48,213 nucleotides of DNA. Origin: Saprolegnia diclina VS20 (taxonomy: Eukaryota). The stretch is from contig NW_008246073.1 in NCBI RefSeq assembly GCF_000281045.1, forward strand, positions 294,791 through 343,003, read 5' to 3'. This document shows positions 9,658-20,585 of the stretch, piece by piece. The first letter of the stretch is position 1. Every line of letters begins with the position of its first letter. Both the position numbers and the translations under genes were made by a program. The notes below the pieces were generated by a model. It was not told where the DNA came from. It was given only the letters and a program-made list of their open reading frames with translations, and made no database searches.

Positions 9658-12600
9658 ATGAGTATGTTGGCCGTGCGTAGCAGCTTCCGCACCCAGCGCA
9701 TGCGATGGCTCCACACCGCCAAGACGACGCGCCGCAGCTTCTCCCATGCGGCGCCCTTCCTGGACCACGCTCATCGCCACAAACGACTCGGTGCGCCAGC
9801 GCTGTCACATCCTGTCGCGTCACAAAGATCGCGTAGGCCTTGGCCTCCTAAGCGGTCTTGTCTGCGTCGGCGTCGCGCTTCAGGCCAACGAGCGCAACAA
9901 GGCGTCTCTTCTCGAGGCGGTGCCGAGCGCGACCGAGGCGGCGCGACCGGACGCCAACTGGAAGCAGACGCTCGAGCGCGTCGTGCCTGCGATCGGTACG
10001 CCGCCGCCTTGCCACCGTCGTGTCTCAACGTGCTCGTGTAGTCTCACTAAAGCTCAACTCGCCCAAGGTCGATGCATTGCTACTTGGGTCTATGCGTCGT
10101 CGTCTCATGCGTCGAGGTAGTCGTTTGACACGGAAACACCGGGCAACGGATGGGCCACGGGCTTTGTCGTCGACGCTGAGAAGGGCATCATCCTCACCAA
10201 CCGCCACGTCGTCGGCGCGGGTCCTGTCGTACGCACCTCGCTCTTGCGAATCGCTTCATCATGACGCTATGTTAGGACGCGGAAGCCATTTTCCAAAACA
10301 ACGAAGAGGTGCGCGTCGTTCCCATCTATCGCGATCCTGTCCACGACTTTGGCTTCTTCCGCTACGACCCCAAGGTACGTGATGACGGACCTGCTGTTTC
10401 TAGGCACGATTCGGCTAGGACGTCCGTCACATGGCGGTGCCGTCGCTTCGGCTCTGCCCCGAAAAGGCGACCGTCGGCACCGACATTCGCGTCGTCGGCA
10501 ACGACGCGGCCGAGAAGCTCGCCATCGCGTCGGGCACGCTCGCGCGTCTTGACCGCGAATGCCCCAACTACGGCTTCAACACGTACAACGACTTCAACAC
10601 GTTCTACTTCCAAGCTTCCTCCGGCACGAGCGGCGGCTCGTCCGGGTCGCCGGTGCTCAACGGCGACGGCGACGCGATCGGGTTGAACGCCGGTGGCAAG
10701 ATGGGCACGTCGGCGTCATACTACCTCCCGCTCGACCGGGTCAAGCGCGCGTTCGAGCTCCTCCAAGCCGGCGCCGACGTCCCGCGCGGCACGATCCAAA
10801 CTGTGTTTCAGCACAAGGTATCGTCCATGAAAATGGACAAGTTGTCATTTCTGTACATGCAGCCCTTTGACGAAGTGCGGCGGTTGGGGCTCCCGGCAGC
10901 GACCGAAGCGTCGGTGCGACAAGCGTTCCCGACGGCCAACGGCATGCTCGTGGTCGCCGAAGTCCTCCCGAGCAGCCCGTGCGGCGACAAGCTGCAGCCC
11001 GGCGACGTGCTTTTGCGCGTGAACGGCCAGCTCCTGCACGAGTTTGTGCCGCTTGAAAGCGTGCTTGACGACGCTGTCGACGCTTCGGTACGTCGTTCGA
11101 CAGTCGTGTACACCGGTTGACGTCCATGCAGGTCCGCCTCGAGCTGGACCGCGCCGGCGAGCTCATCACGGTTGACGTGCCGGTCCAGGACCTCCACGCG
11201 ATCACACCGTCGCGGTTTTTGGACGTCGGCGGCGCGACGATCAACCCGCTCTCGTACCAGCAGGCGCGCAACCACGTGCTCGCGCCGGGCGCGCCGTACG
11301 TGGCGGACCCAGGGTACTTTTTGCAGCGGTCGCGGATTCCCAAAGGCGCTCTGTTGCTGTCTGTCAACGGGACGCCGACGCCGACCCTCGACGCGCTCAA
11401 GGACGTGCTCTTGCTCTGCCCGGACAAAGCCCGGCTGGTTGTCAAGTACAAGCATTTGGCGAGCAAGGTCGAGAAGGTCGAGGTCGTGCACGTCGATCGC
11501 CGCTGGTTTCCATTCCAAGAGTACATTCGCAACGATACGACGGGCGCGTGGACTTGCACGAGCCTCGACGGCGCGCTGCCGCCGACGTCCGAGCCAGCGC
11601 CGGTTGGGTCGACGTCGATTTTGCCCGGGAAAAACTTTATTGAAGGGGCACTCGCGCCGTCGCTCGTCACGATCGAGTACGACCGACCGTTTTCCATCAA
11701 CAGCCAAAACATGGCCAACTACCGCGGCACCGTACGTCCATTCTACAATCGTTGTCGCAGTAACTCGGATCTGGGACTAGGGTCTCGTGCTCAGTGCGGA
11801 GAAGGGACTTGTTGTCGTCGACCGCAACACCGTCTCGGACCGCCTCGGAGATGTCATGGTGACGTTTGCGAACACGCTTGTCGTACCCGGGAAGGTCCGC
11901 TTTGTCCACCCGGTGCACAACTTTGCGATCGTCCAGTACAACCCGGCCCTCATTGGCGACACGCCCGTGCAGTCGGCGACCGTGTCGCGCACGCCGCTGC
12001 AGCCGTCCGACCCGGTCTGGCTCGTCGGGCTCATGAGCGGCGTACGACGTTTTCTTGACAACTTGACACATTGATACACTTCGATCGGGTAGATTGGCCG
12101 GAGCTCGTGGTCGGAGCTCGTGTCGCGCGAGACACTGGTCTCGAGCGTCAAGTGGATCGCACTGCCGATGCCCAACCCGCCGCGGTACCAGGAGCACAAC
12201 CTCGAGATGGTCGCGCTCCAGGACGTGGTCAACACGGAAGGCGGTGCGGTCTGCACGCCGTCGGGGGCTGTCTCTGCGTTTTGGGCGTCGTTTTCGTTTC
12301 AGCAGCAGCGCGGTCCGACCAAAGTCGAGTCGCAGTTTACGCGGGGCATTCCCATGGACATCATCTTGGACAGCGTCGCACCGCTGCTTCGCGGCGAGGC
12401 GTCGCCCAAGCTCTTTGACCTTGGCGTTGACTTCGAGCACATTAGCCTCGCCAAAGGCCGTGAACTCGGCATGGACGAAGCGACCGCGAAAGCGCTCGAG
12501 GGCCACGCGCCAGAGCGCCGCACCATCTTGTCGGTCGGGCGTCGCTGGGGCGGCACGGACGCCTCGGCCCAGTTGCGCAACGGCGATGTGCTCGTGGCTA

Positions 12601-13191
12601 TCGACGACCGCGTCGTCACGTCGTTCCGCGAAGTCGAGGTTGCTCGCGTTTCCGCGGCTTCTATCTGAGACCTATGACTCTAGATTGCGACGCAAAAGGA
12701 GTCGGTGCAAGCGACCATCGTGCGTCAGGGCAAGCGCATGGAGCTGACGCTCAAGACCGTCCACCTCGAGAGCTGGGAAGTCGACCGCATCGTGTTTTGG
12801 CAAGGCCTTCTTCTCCAAGTGCCGCCGCTCTCGGTGGCGTCGCAGCGCGAAATCTCGTCCCGCGACGGCGTCTACGTTTCGTGCCGGTACACGATTGTCT
12901 AACTTTTGGGTGCGTGTCTCAGCGAGGGTTAGGTATGCGGGGTCGCCGGCCGCGCGGTACGGTCCGCCGCCCACGAGCCGCATCTGCGAGCTCGACGGCG
13001 TCCCGATCTCCAACCTCGACGACTTTGTGCGCGTCGTGACAGCGAAATCAGCGACCGCCACTTCGATCCGCGTCAAGTACATGGATCTCGGCGGCAAAAT
13101 GCACCTGACGACGCTCAAGCTCGAGCCGACGTTCTGGCCGACGAGCCAACTCTCGTACCGCGACGGCGACTGGCAGCGCCAGAGTTTGTGA
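9658..13191 (+). CDS. NMA111: Nma111/Ynm3-like HtrA-family serine protease (protease-PDZ repeated), multi-exon
   Basis: Catalytic-triad segments [16 protein letters not shown] and GGSSGSP; also [23 protein letters not shown]-like regions and a second degenerate protease domain ([15 protein letters not shown]). First intron 9791-9836. Confidence 0.9.
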
Positions 13192-13268
13192 GACACTTTG
13201 GCACTCGTGCAACGATAACGCGGACAAGAACACAAGACACAGCAAAATGAGGCTCGTGGACCAATGGG

Positions 13269-15541
13269 TTACGGGGTCGCTGCCCACGCAATGGCATAGT
13301 CGTCGGCGTCACCGTCGTCGTCGTCGTACGCGTCGGTACGGGGCATGTAAAGAGGGGCCTGCAAGAGGGCGTATGCGCCCGCCTCGGATGCCTCTTGGAC
13401 TTGGATGGGTTCGTGGAAAAGGCAGCACAGCTTTTGCACCGTACCGACTTCGTCGGCGATTCGGCCGTCGTACAGTGTTTTGCAGTGCTGGATCTCGGCC
13501 AAAATGACTTGGCGCTGCGTGTCCAAGTCCAAGTCGAAAAAGGTCAGTGGCGCCGACGCGGGCGGTGCCGAGGGGACCACGGGGGTGGCGACCGCTGACA
13601 ATGGTCGCAGCACCCGGCGCACGCTTTGTTCGAGCACGTGGCGGACGTAGCTGGCAACGGCCCGGCGTGTCGCCCGCTGGCGGCGCTCTGCGTTCATCTC
13701 GTAGGCCATGGACGCCAGCCCCTCGTCGTCCATATCTGCAAGCTCGGCCTGCTGCCGCGGCGACGGCGGCTGGAACGGCGTCGCGCTTGGGCCTTTGGCC
13801 AGCACGTACACATCGGCTTCGTACGACGCGGCCAGGAGGTCCGAGCGGCGCTTGGCGGCGTGCAAGCTCACGTACGCATTGTCCACGTGGCCAGAGAGCG
13901 CGCTCTTGCGACGGAGCCGGAGCTCCGCCATGCCCATGTTCATCTGGCCTCGCTTGGCCTTGATGCGAGTGCTATGGTCGCGGTAGACGCAGTTGCCGCC
14001 GAGACCTTGGAGCACCTGGACGACCGCAGCCATGACGCGCTTCTCGAGGTTGGTCGCTGCAATGTGCGTCGCGATCGTCACGTCTTTCGGTACCCGGAGC
14101 GCCTCTGCGGTTTTGGAGATCGTGAGGAAGCTCTGCGCTTGCACCGAGCACGTCTGGTGGTGCGTGATCCACTCGGTCACGAGCGCCTTGTGCCGGTTCG
14201 ACGCCAGCGTCGCGAGGGCTGTCGCCAGCGTCGCGTTGCGCTGAGCGGCATCTATCGACGTGTGCACGAGACCGAGCTGGTCCGTCTCGAGCCGGAGCCA
14301 CGCAAAGGCCGCATACGCGATCGAGAGCATCTCGCACGCCATGCGAATGTGAAACACGCTGCCGGTGCGCGACTTGGCTTCAGCGATCGCCACCGAGGCT
14401 TGGCGCAGCGCCGTGTTGGCGGCGTGGGCTGCAAACGACTTGACCACGTGCTCGGGGGCCAGCGACAAGAGCACAAAGCTACGTTCCAACGTCGATTTGC
14501 GCGGATACATGGTGGATGGTACCGGTCGCGATCGCTTTGGCTCTGGGTCTCGTCCTCGGTGCGCGCGTAGCTCGTCTACCTGCCGCGTGACGACGACGAA
14601 GGTGGAATAGGACCACGAAGACCTGGTTTTTGATCTCAAAGAGCGTCTGGAAGTGACCGCACGCGCGCGCTAAGTCGACGACCGCATCGTCGTAAAATTG
14701 CAGCGTGACATTCTTGAGAAAGCACTGGATGTAGCGGTCGCCAAGGGCCCGCGCGCCAAAGCAGCGGTAGACCCAAGCCCTAGCATGGTCCGTTCGTAAT
14801 CATACTAGCTCCACTATGGAAACGTGGATGAATGGATGGAGGGACGTACGTCTCGGGATCGCCGATCGCCGCGTACTCGGCCGCGAGGCGCGCGACGGTG
14901 AGGCACGCCGTGTTAAAGTCGTCGTCCGAGAGAGAGCTCTTGAGTGTTTTGCCCGTCTTTTCATGCTTGGAAAGCTGACTCGCGAGTCCGTCCACTTGCA
15001 TTTTGGCCAAGGCAAATTGCCGCGTGTGCTTGCGGTCCATCGTGGCAATCGACGGGATGTATTTGGGGCGGTCCTTGGCGAGCGGCAACGACCATGCTTG
15101 CTTGGCGCGCGGTGACGTGGGGGATGTCGCTTCTGCATGAGGTTTGGGCTTGGGTGGGGACCTCGGCTTTTGTGGGGACCTTGGCTTGGTCGGTGACCGG
15201 GGGGCCGTGATGGACAACGTGTCAAACTGGATCTTCTTTGGCGGACTCGTGAGTGGCGTTGGAAGGCGCGGCGACGGCCGCGACGGCAGCGCGGGTCCAT
15301 GGCTCGTACGCTGCGAAATGATCTTTGGGAAAGGCTGCGCATATGGGCACGGCCGGTTTGCGTTCTGCTTGAGAACTTGGTAGGATTGCGGGTCAGCGAT
15401 ATCATAGTCGTAGCGAATGCTGTCAAGCACCACACGGTGGTCCAATACAGACGCCGCCCCGAGCTTGACAGCATTCCACTTGACTTGGCCGCCGCCCGAG
15501 TTGCCGACCAGCGCGACGGCCGACGGCTTGCGCTGGGTCAT
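13269..15541 (-). CDS. Hypothetical protein, probably one multi-exon gene (Pro/Lys/Ser-rich N-terminal part, helical C-terminal part)
   Basis: ORF 14780-15574 (ATG 15541) and ORF 13269-14639 are linked by a coding-like middle exon (GLGLPLLWRAALGDRYIQCFLKNVTLQF...). Splice phases are not fully resolved. Confidence 0.6.
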
Positions 15542-15570
15542 GTTGCCTTTTGTTCTATATTGAGCGGCGA

Positions 15571-15608
15571 CCAATCACGGCGCACCAACGAACCGTCGCT
15601 GCCCAATC
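15571..15608. promoter_or_regulatory. Two CCAAT boxes in a 91-bp bidirectional promoter
   Basis: ccaatc at 15571 and 15603, between divergent ATGs at 15541 (-) and 15633 (+). Confidence 0.45.
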
Positions 15609-15632
15609 GGCATCAAGCAAAAAGTATCTTGC

Positions 15633-15983
15633 ATGGCGTGCACGTCGTGCGACGCATTGCGCAGCGCGCTGGTGCACTCCAAGACCGCGCTGGCGGCGAC
15701 AACCTCTGAGCTCGCGGCGCTTCGGGTTCACACCGAACAGCGTCTGCCCGATCTGGGCGCCTACCGCCTGTACGTTGTCCACGCCCGCAGCCAAGTGCGC
15801 GCGTTGCAAGCGCAGCTAGATGCGGAGCGCGCGCTCTCAGACGAGCTGCGTCGTGAGCTCGTGACGTACAAAGCTGCTTCGTTGGCACCGATCGAGACGC
15901 GCCCACGGCACGACTCGTTGCTCTCGTCCGTCGCGGCGCTCGAAGCGACCATTGCTTCGATGGCGTCCGACCACAAACCGTAA
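15633..15983 (+). CDS. Small coiled-coil hypothetical protein (116 aa)
   Basis: ATG-initiated ORF with heptad-like LQAQLDAERALSDELRREL and coding-like codon usage. Confidence 0.65.
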   Translation: MACTSCDALRSALVHSKTALAATTSELAALRVHTEQRLPDLGAYRLYVVHARSQVRALQAQLDAERALSDELRRELVTYKAASLAPIETRPRHDSLLSSVAALEATIASMASDHKP

Positions 15984-16085
15984 CGACAACATATTGTCCT
16001 ATAAAATACACAAAGATTACGTGGTGCGTATTTTTAGCGCTGGGCAATGTTTTAATTAGACGGTGTGAAACTTCTTTCCCAGAGG

Positions 16086-18104
16086 ATGGCGCGTCGCACG
16101 TGGCTGCCACTGGCGGTCGTCGCGGCGGCCGTGAGTGCCGATCTCCTCCTCGGCGTCCTCGTGCCGTCGCTGAGCGACACGCAGCTGCAAAACGCAGTGC
16201 ACAGCGCTATCGCAGACGCAAGTGCTGCATTCCTCTTCAACCAGTCAGTGACGCCCATATTCCTCGAGACGCGCTGCTCGGACGCGGGTGCGCTCGCCGC
16301 GTGGCGCCATCTGCCCAACGTCAGCGCCATTTTGGGGCCGATTTGTGCGGCGTCGTCGTGCGCGCTCGTCGACTCCCTCCTCCAGCTCGAGCGCCCGGCG
16401 GTCGTGCATGTCAACTACGGCTGTAGCAGCTATTCCTGTGCGTCTGGTGCCAGTGCGACAACGTTGCAGATCGCACCGAGCGATGAGCACAAGCTCCGCG
16501 CCGTGGCCGCGCTTGCATCCCACTATGGTCAGTCGAGTGCAGAGATCGCGTACGTCATTTCGACGTCCAGCTCGTTTTATCCGCTGTTGCCGCTCTTGTT
16601 GAATGCCAGTGCGGGGACGGCGAGCCTGCTCTACGTGTACGACACCCCGTCGTCGCTCAGCAGCGTCTTGACGCTCGTGCAAACGACGCAGCCCCAGCTG
16701 TCGATGCTGGTTTTTGACGGCGCCGAAACGTCACCAGCGTCCAACGTCGCGTTTGTTGCGGCCGCCAACACCATCTTTGCCGCTACCGTCGGTCTCGTCT
16801 TTGTGGGCTTGAGCATCGACGTCAAGATGCTCAAAATGGTGTCACCAACGCCCTTGACCATCACCGTGCTCTCCATATCGATGCCCTCTTTGAATATTGC
16901 GACTAGTAACGTTTCTCTCGGGCCGCCATTGTCGTGGTCATCCGCCTCGATCGCGACCTCATCGACAACCTCAACAGTCAATCTCTTGTTCGACGCCACA
17001 TACGCGTACCTGCGGTACCAAGCCAATAATGACGTGTCGTCGTCCGCGCCGTTTCTCGGTCGGACAGGCCTCGTGACGTATTTACCCGGCACATACATGC
17101 GAACCCCGGCTTTTGACCTGCACGTGCTCGTCGCTAGCACGCTCGCGACGGTCGGCAACTTTAGCTACCAAAAAACATCCGGAAGTATGGTCTACACGCC
17201 GATTTCAATCAACTTCAACTGGGCGCCCGTCACATGGTCCGCGACAAATTCGTCGTCGCTCTTGCCGTACGGCCCCGCAGTGCTCGGCGTGATTTGCATT
17301 CTGAGTGCGTGCAGCTTTATCTTGCTCGTGCGCATGTTCTTCTCGCAGAGCTGCCTCGCCGCGCGCGTCTTTACGGGCTTTTCCAAGCAGGAAAAAAGCG
17401 GAATCGAAGACCCGACGCAGACGCAAATGGTGGTCACGAACCTCGAGAAGCGCGCGGCCGAGCGCCGCGTCCAGCTCGTGCTCGGCCTCCAAACGCTGCT
17501 GGACATGACACAGCTCATTACGGAGCTAATTGCGTACTTTGTCTACGTCATGGTGTACGACACCAATGTCGTGCGCATCGCGCTCTACTCGATAGGCCTC
17601 GGCGTCGAACTCGCGTCGCTCCCGTCGCTCCTCATGCTGCGCGTGCCCATCTTTTTCCGCCACTCGCCGTGGGCGTGGGTGCTCAACACGATCAAAATCA
17701 AGCCGACCGAGACCGGGCCGGCGCTCGGCCCCGGCGAGCCGTCCGTCATGATCCGAAAGCACGTTCATGGACGGCAGAGCATGGTCACGACACTGGTCGC
17801 GCTCCAAGTGTCGCTGGGGCATTTGCAGCAAGAGCATCTCGAGGTGGCCAACTCGCTCCTCCGCCTCTGGCTCCAGGAAGTCCCGCTGCTCTGCCTCAAC
17901 ATTTACTATGTGTTTGCGTTCGACAGCAGCGTGCAGTACCGCACGTCGATCGTCGTCGCTTGCTGCGTCGACTTTGTCGCGCTCGGGTTCAAGACGCACC
18001 TCGTTCACCGCCTCACCGAGCTCTACGTGGCACAACGCGGCGTGCACTTTGACATTCAAATGGCCAAGCTCGAGTCCAAACAGCGCCGGTCGTCGTATAC
18101 TTAG
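16086..18104 (+). CDS. Receptor-like protein: signal peptide, periplasmic-binding type-1 (ANF-receptor/Venus flytrap-like) ectodomain, about 5 TM segments
   Basis: Signal peptide MARRTWLPLAVVAAAVSA; VFT-like motifs ETRCS, VSAILGPIC, VNYGCSS, QIAPSD..AVAALASHYG and FLGRTGLVTY; hydrophobic helices in the C-terminal third. Intronless. Confidence 0.75.
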   Translation: MARRTWLPLAVVAAAVSADLLLGVLVPSLSDTQLQNAVHSAIADASAAFLFNQSVTPIFLETRCSDAGALAAWRHLPNVSAILGPICAASSCALVDSLLQLERPAVVHVNYGCSSYSCASGASATTLQIAPSDEHKLRAVAALASHYGQSSAEIAYVISTSSSFYPLLPLLLNASAGTASLLYVYDTPSSLSSVLTLVQTTQPQLSMLVFDGAETSPASNVAFVAAANTIFAATVGLVFVGLSIDVKMLKMVSPTPLTITVLSISMPSLNIATSNVSLGPPLSWSSASIATSSTTSTVNLLFDATYAYLRYQANNDVSSSAPFLGRTGLVTYLPGTYMRTPAFDLHVLVASTLATVGNFSYQKTSGSMVYTPISINFNWAPVTWSATNSSSLLPYGPAVLGVICILSACSFILLVRMFFSQSCLAARVFTGFSKQEKSGIEDPTQTQMVVTNLEKRAAERRVQLVLGLQTLLDMTQLITELIAYFVYVMVYDTNVVRIALYSIGLGVELASLPSLLMLRVPIFFRHSPWAWVLNTIKIKPTETGPALGPGEPSVMIRKHVHGRQSMVTTLVALQVSLGHLQQEHLEVANSLLRLWLQEVPLLCLNIYYVFAFDSSVQYRTSIVVACCVDFVALGFKTHLVHRLTELYVAQRGVHFDIQMAKLESKQRRSSYT

Positions 18105-19255
18105 TCGTCCTATTTCGCGTTGTCAACATTCGGTTTGTCAAGAAAATATTGTCTCTAGTCCACTCGTATCGTCGAGGCGAGTGAGCAGACTGCAGTCGTA
18201 GGTGTAGGGTCCGTTGAGCGTTTCATCCGTGACGTGGCAGCACGAGCGTCCGAGGTTTTGGCGGCACTCGCGAAATCGAGGACCGCGGCGCAACAGTGTC
18301 TGAGCAGGCATACGACAAGCGAGAGATGTACGGAATCATGCCCTCGCACCGTCAAGGTCGCTAACCTCCATGCAGAATGTATGGCGCACGTTGGTTGGCC
18401 AATAATGTCATGCAGTGCCATGACGACTCATCGTGCCGGACCCCGTCGACAGGGTTGCATCATGATTTCAACCCCGTACGCAAACGTACGACGACCTGCA
18501 CCAAGGACTGACATTTTTGTTCACGAAACAGCGCGCTTGCTCGTCTCTGTCGCAGATCCCACAGCCTTTTGCGGAATATTATCGCATCCAGACAAGCCGT
18601 CCGCGGATGATTCCTAAACTATGTGCTTGTCCTACCGGCACTGGCTAGCCTCGAGAGCATGTATGTACTTGAACCATTCGCCACGAGCGGCTGCTATCGA
18701 CCTGCACTCTGGGTTGTGGACATTTCTGTCACACAGTACACGTGTACTCACACATAGCGCCCTCTCATCTGCCCTCTCATCATCATCACGATCTCCTACT
18801 GCGTAGTATTGCGCTCGCACAACCGTACGTCAACTGGAAGATACATGCATCTGGCATCTCGCCAATCTTGTCGCCACGAAGGATCTCCTCCTTCGGATGG
18901 CGTCAACAAAGGACGATTCCGAAATAGTTGAAATAATTTCATTTCAACAATTCCGAAAAGCAAACATGTACATCACGGTAAATAGTCGGTGAGCGACGGC
19001 TGCGACACGACTTGTTCATGGCGCCGAGCGACTTCGCGCATGTTGACTTTCGGGGCGCTTCGCGTGATCGACACGCTTGTGGCGGCGACCGGCTTGCGTC
19101 ATCCGATTCAACATAGGTGTCGCAGTCGGCGTTGTGATTGGGTACGATACATGAGAACGCTTGTGATTGGCCAACGCACTGCTGGCCAGCATCCGGATAC
19201 CATGGACGCAACGCGCCCGGATACGATATTTTGGTTTTTATTCCGCCGAACACGC

Positions 19256-20541
19256 ATGACGGCCTCCCAGCGCCGCCTCTCGCGCATGTCGATCACGATC
19301 CCGCCGCCGGTGCTGTCGCCGACGCGCGACTCGGAGCTCTCGACCCGCTTTTCCTCCGGTCGGCTCTCGACGCTCTCGGCCAAGGACGCGTCCGACGACG
19401 ACGTCGCCAAGGCCTGTGCCACGTGCCACGAAAAGTTTACCGTGTTTCGCCACCGCTACGCCTGCCACGTACGCTCGTCTGCTTATATCAACGGTCCATC
19501 ATCTCATACATTTGTGTCTAGTACTGCAGCCTTGTCGTCTGCCGCAAGTGCTCGATCGCGCTCCGCGACGTGGGCGCTGACGCGGTCTTGCTGCCAACGC
19601 CGACGATCTCGGAAGCCGACGACGACCGCCACCACTCGGCGCCGAACGTCTTGTCACCGCCCATGTCCCCGCACTCGGCGAGCGACACGTCGCATGACTC
19701 GGCGCTCCTCTCCATGTCGTCGCGCTACAGCACGTCGTCAAACCCGTCGCCGTCCGGCCATCACCGGCTCCGCGAACGCTGCTGCAAGGGCTGCTCGGTC
19801 TTTACGTCGACGTCCAAGCCATCGAAAGAATGCCAGCTCTGCCACGACCCACTCACGCTCTTGAAGAAGAAGACCAAGTGCGCGATTTGCCAGCGATTCG
19901 CCTGCAAAAAATGCGGCGACGACGTCGACCCGACCGCATATGACCTCACGCCCGACGACCTCCCGCCGTCGTCGACCGCGTCGACCAAGAAGAGCAAGAA
20001 GGCGACCAAGGCGGAGCCCATCACTGCGTGGGTCTGCACCGAGTGCACTTCGGGGCACAACGCCGCAAAGGAACGGCGTCTGGCGCACTGCCACGTATGC
20101 AAATCGAAGTTTCACCACTTTCAGCGCAAGTGCACATGCCATGCGTGCAAGCAGCTCATGTGCCTCCAGTGCTCGTTTGTGCTCGACGGCCCACTCGCCC
20201 CCGCCCCCGAGGCCACCGGTTCGATCCTCCACGACGTCCGCGAGTGCAAGCCGTGCCATGAAAAAGCGCTTGGTATCAAGCACGCCGCCATGGCCCGAAG
20301 CGTCCCCACGTCGTCGTCGGCGCTTGGCGTCTCGCTCCAGTCAGCCTTTGAGTTTACAAAGGCGGCTAGGTCGTCGGCCCTCGGCGGCACGCTGCACACC
20401 TTTGAGCGCAACTGCGCGATCGTGCTCATGCTCATCGGGTCTGTCACGGTCGTTCTCGCACTCCTTGTCGCGTACTACGTCTGCTTTGCCGCCGTGGTCC
20501 CGGAAGAATGGGTCCTCAGCCACTACGCCCACGAGCCATGA
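19256..20541 (+). CDS. Protein with three FYVE-like zinc fingers and a C-terminal TM helix; intron 19469-19521
   Basis: CxxC..F..RHRYACHYC..VCRKC, CQLC..KKTKCAIC..CKKC..VCTEC and CHVC..RKCTCHAC..CLQC..ECKPC; TM IVLMLIGSVTVVLALLVAYYVCF. The splice restores the frame. Confidence 0.88.
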
Positions 20542-20585
20542 TTATCTATATTAACAAACTAGGCAATAGACATTCGATTTACTAT

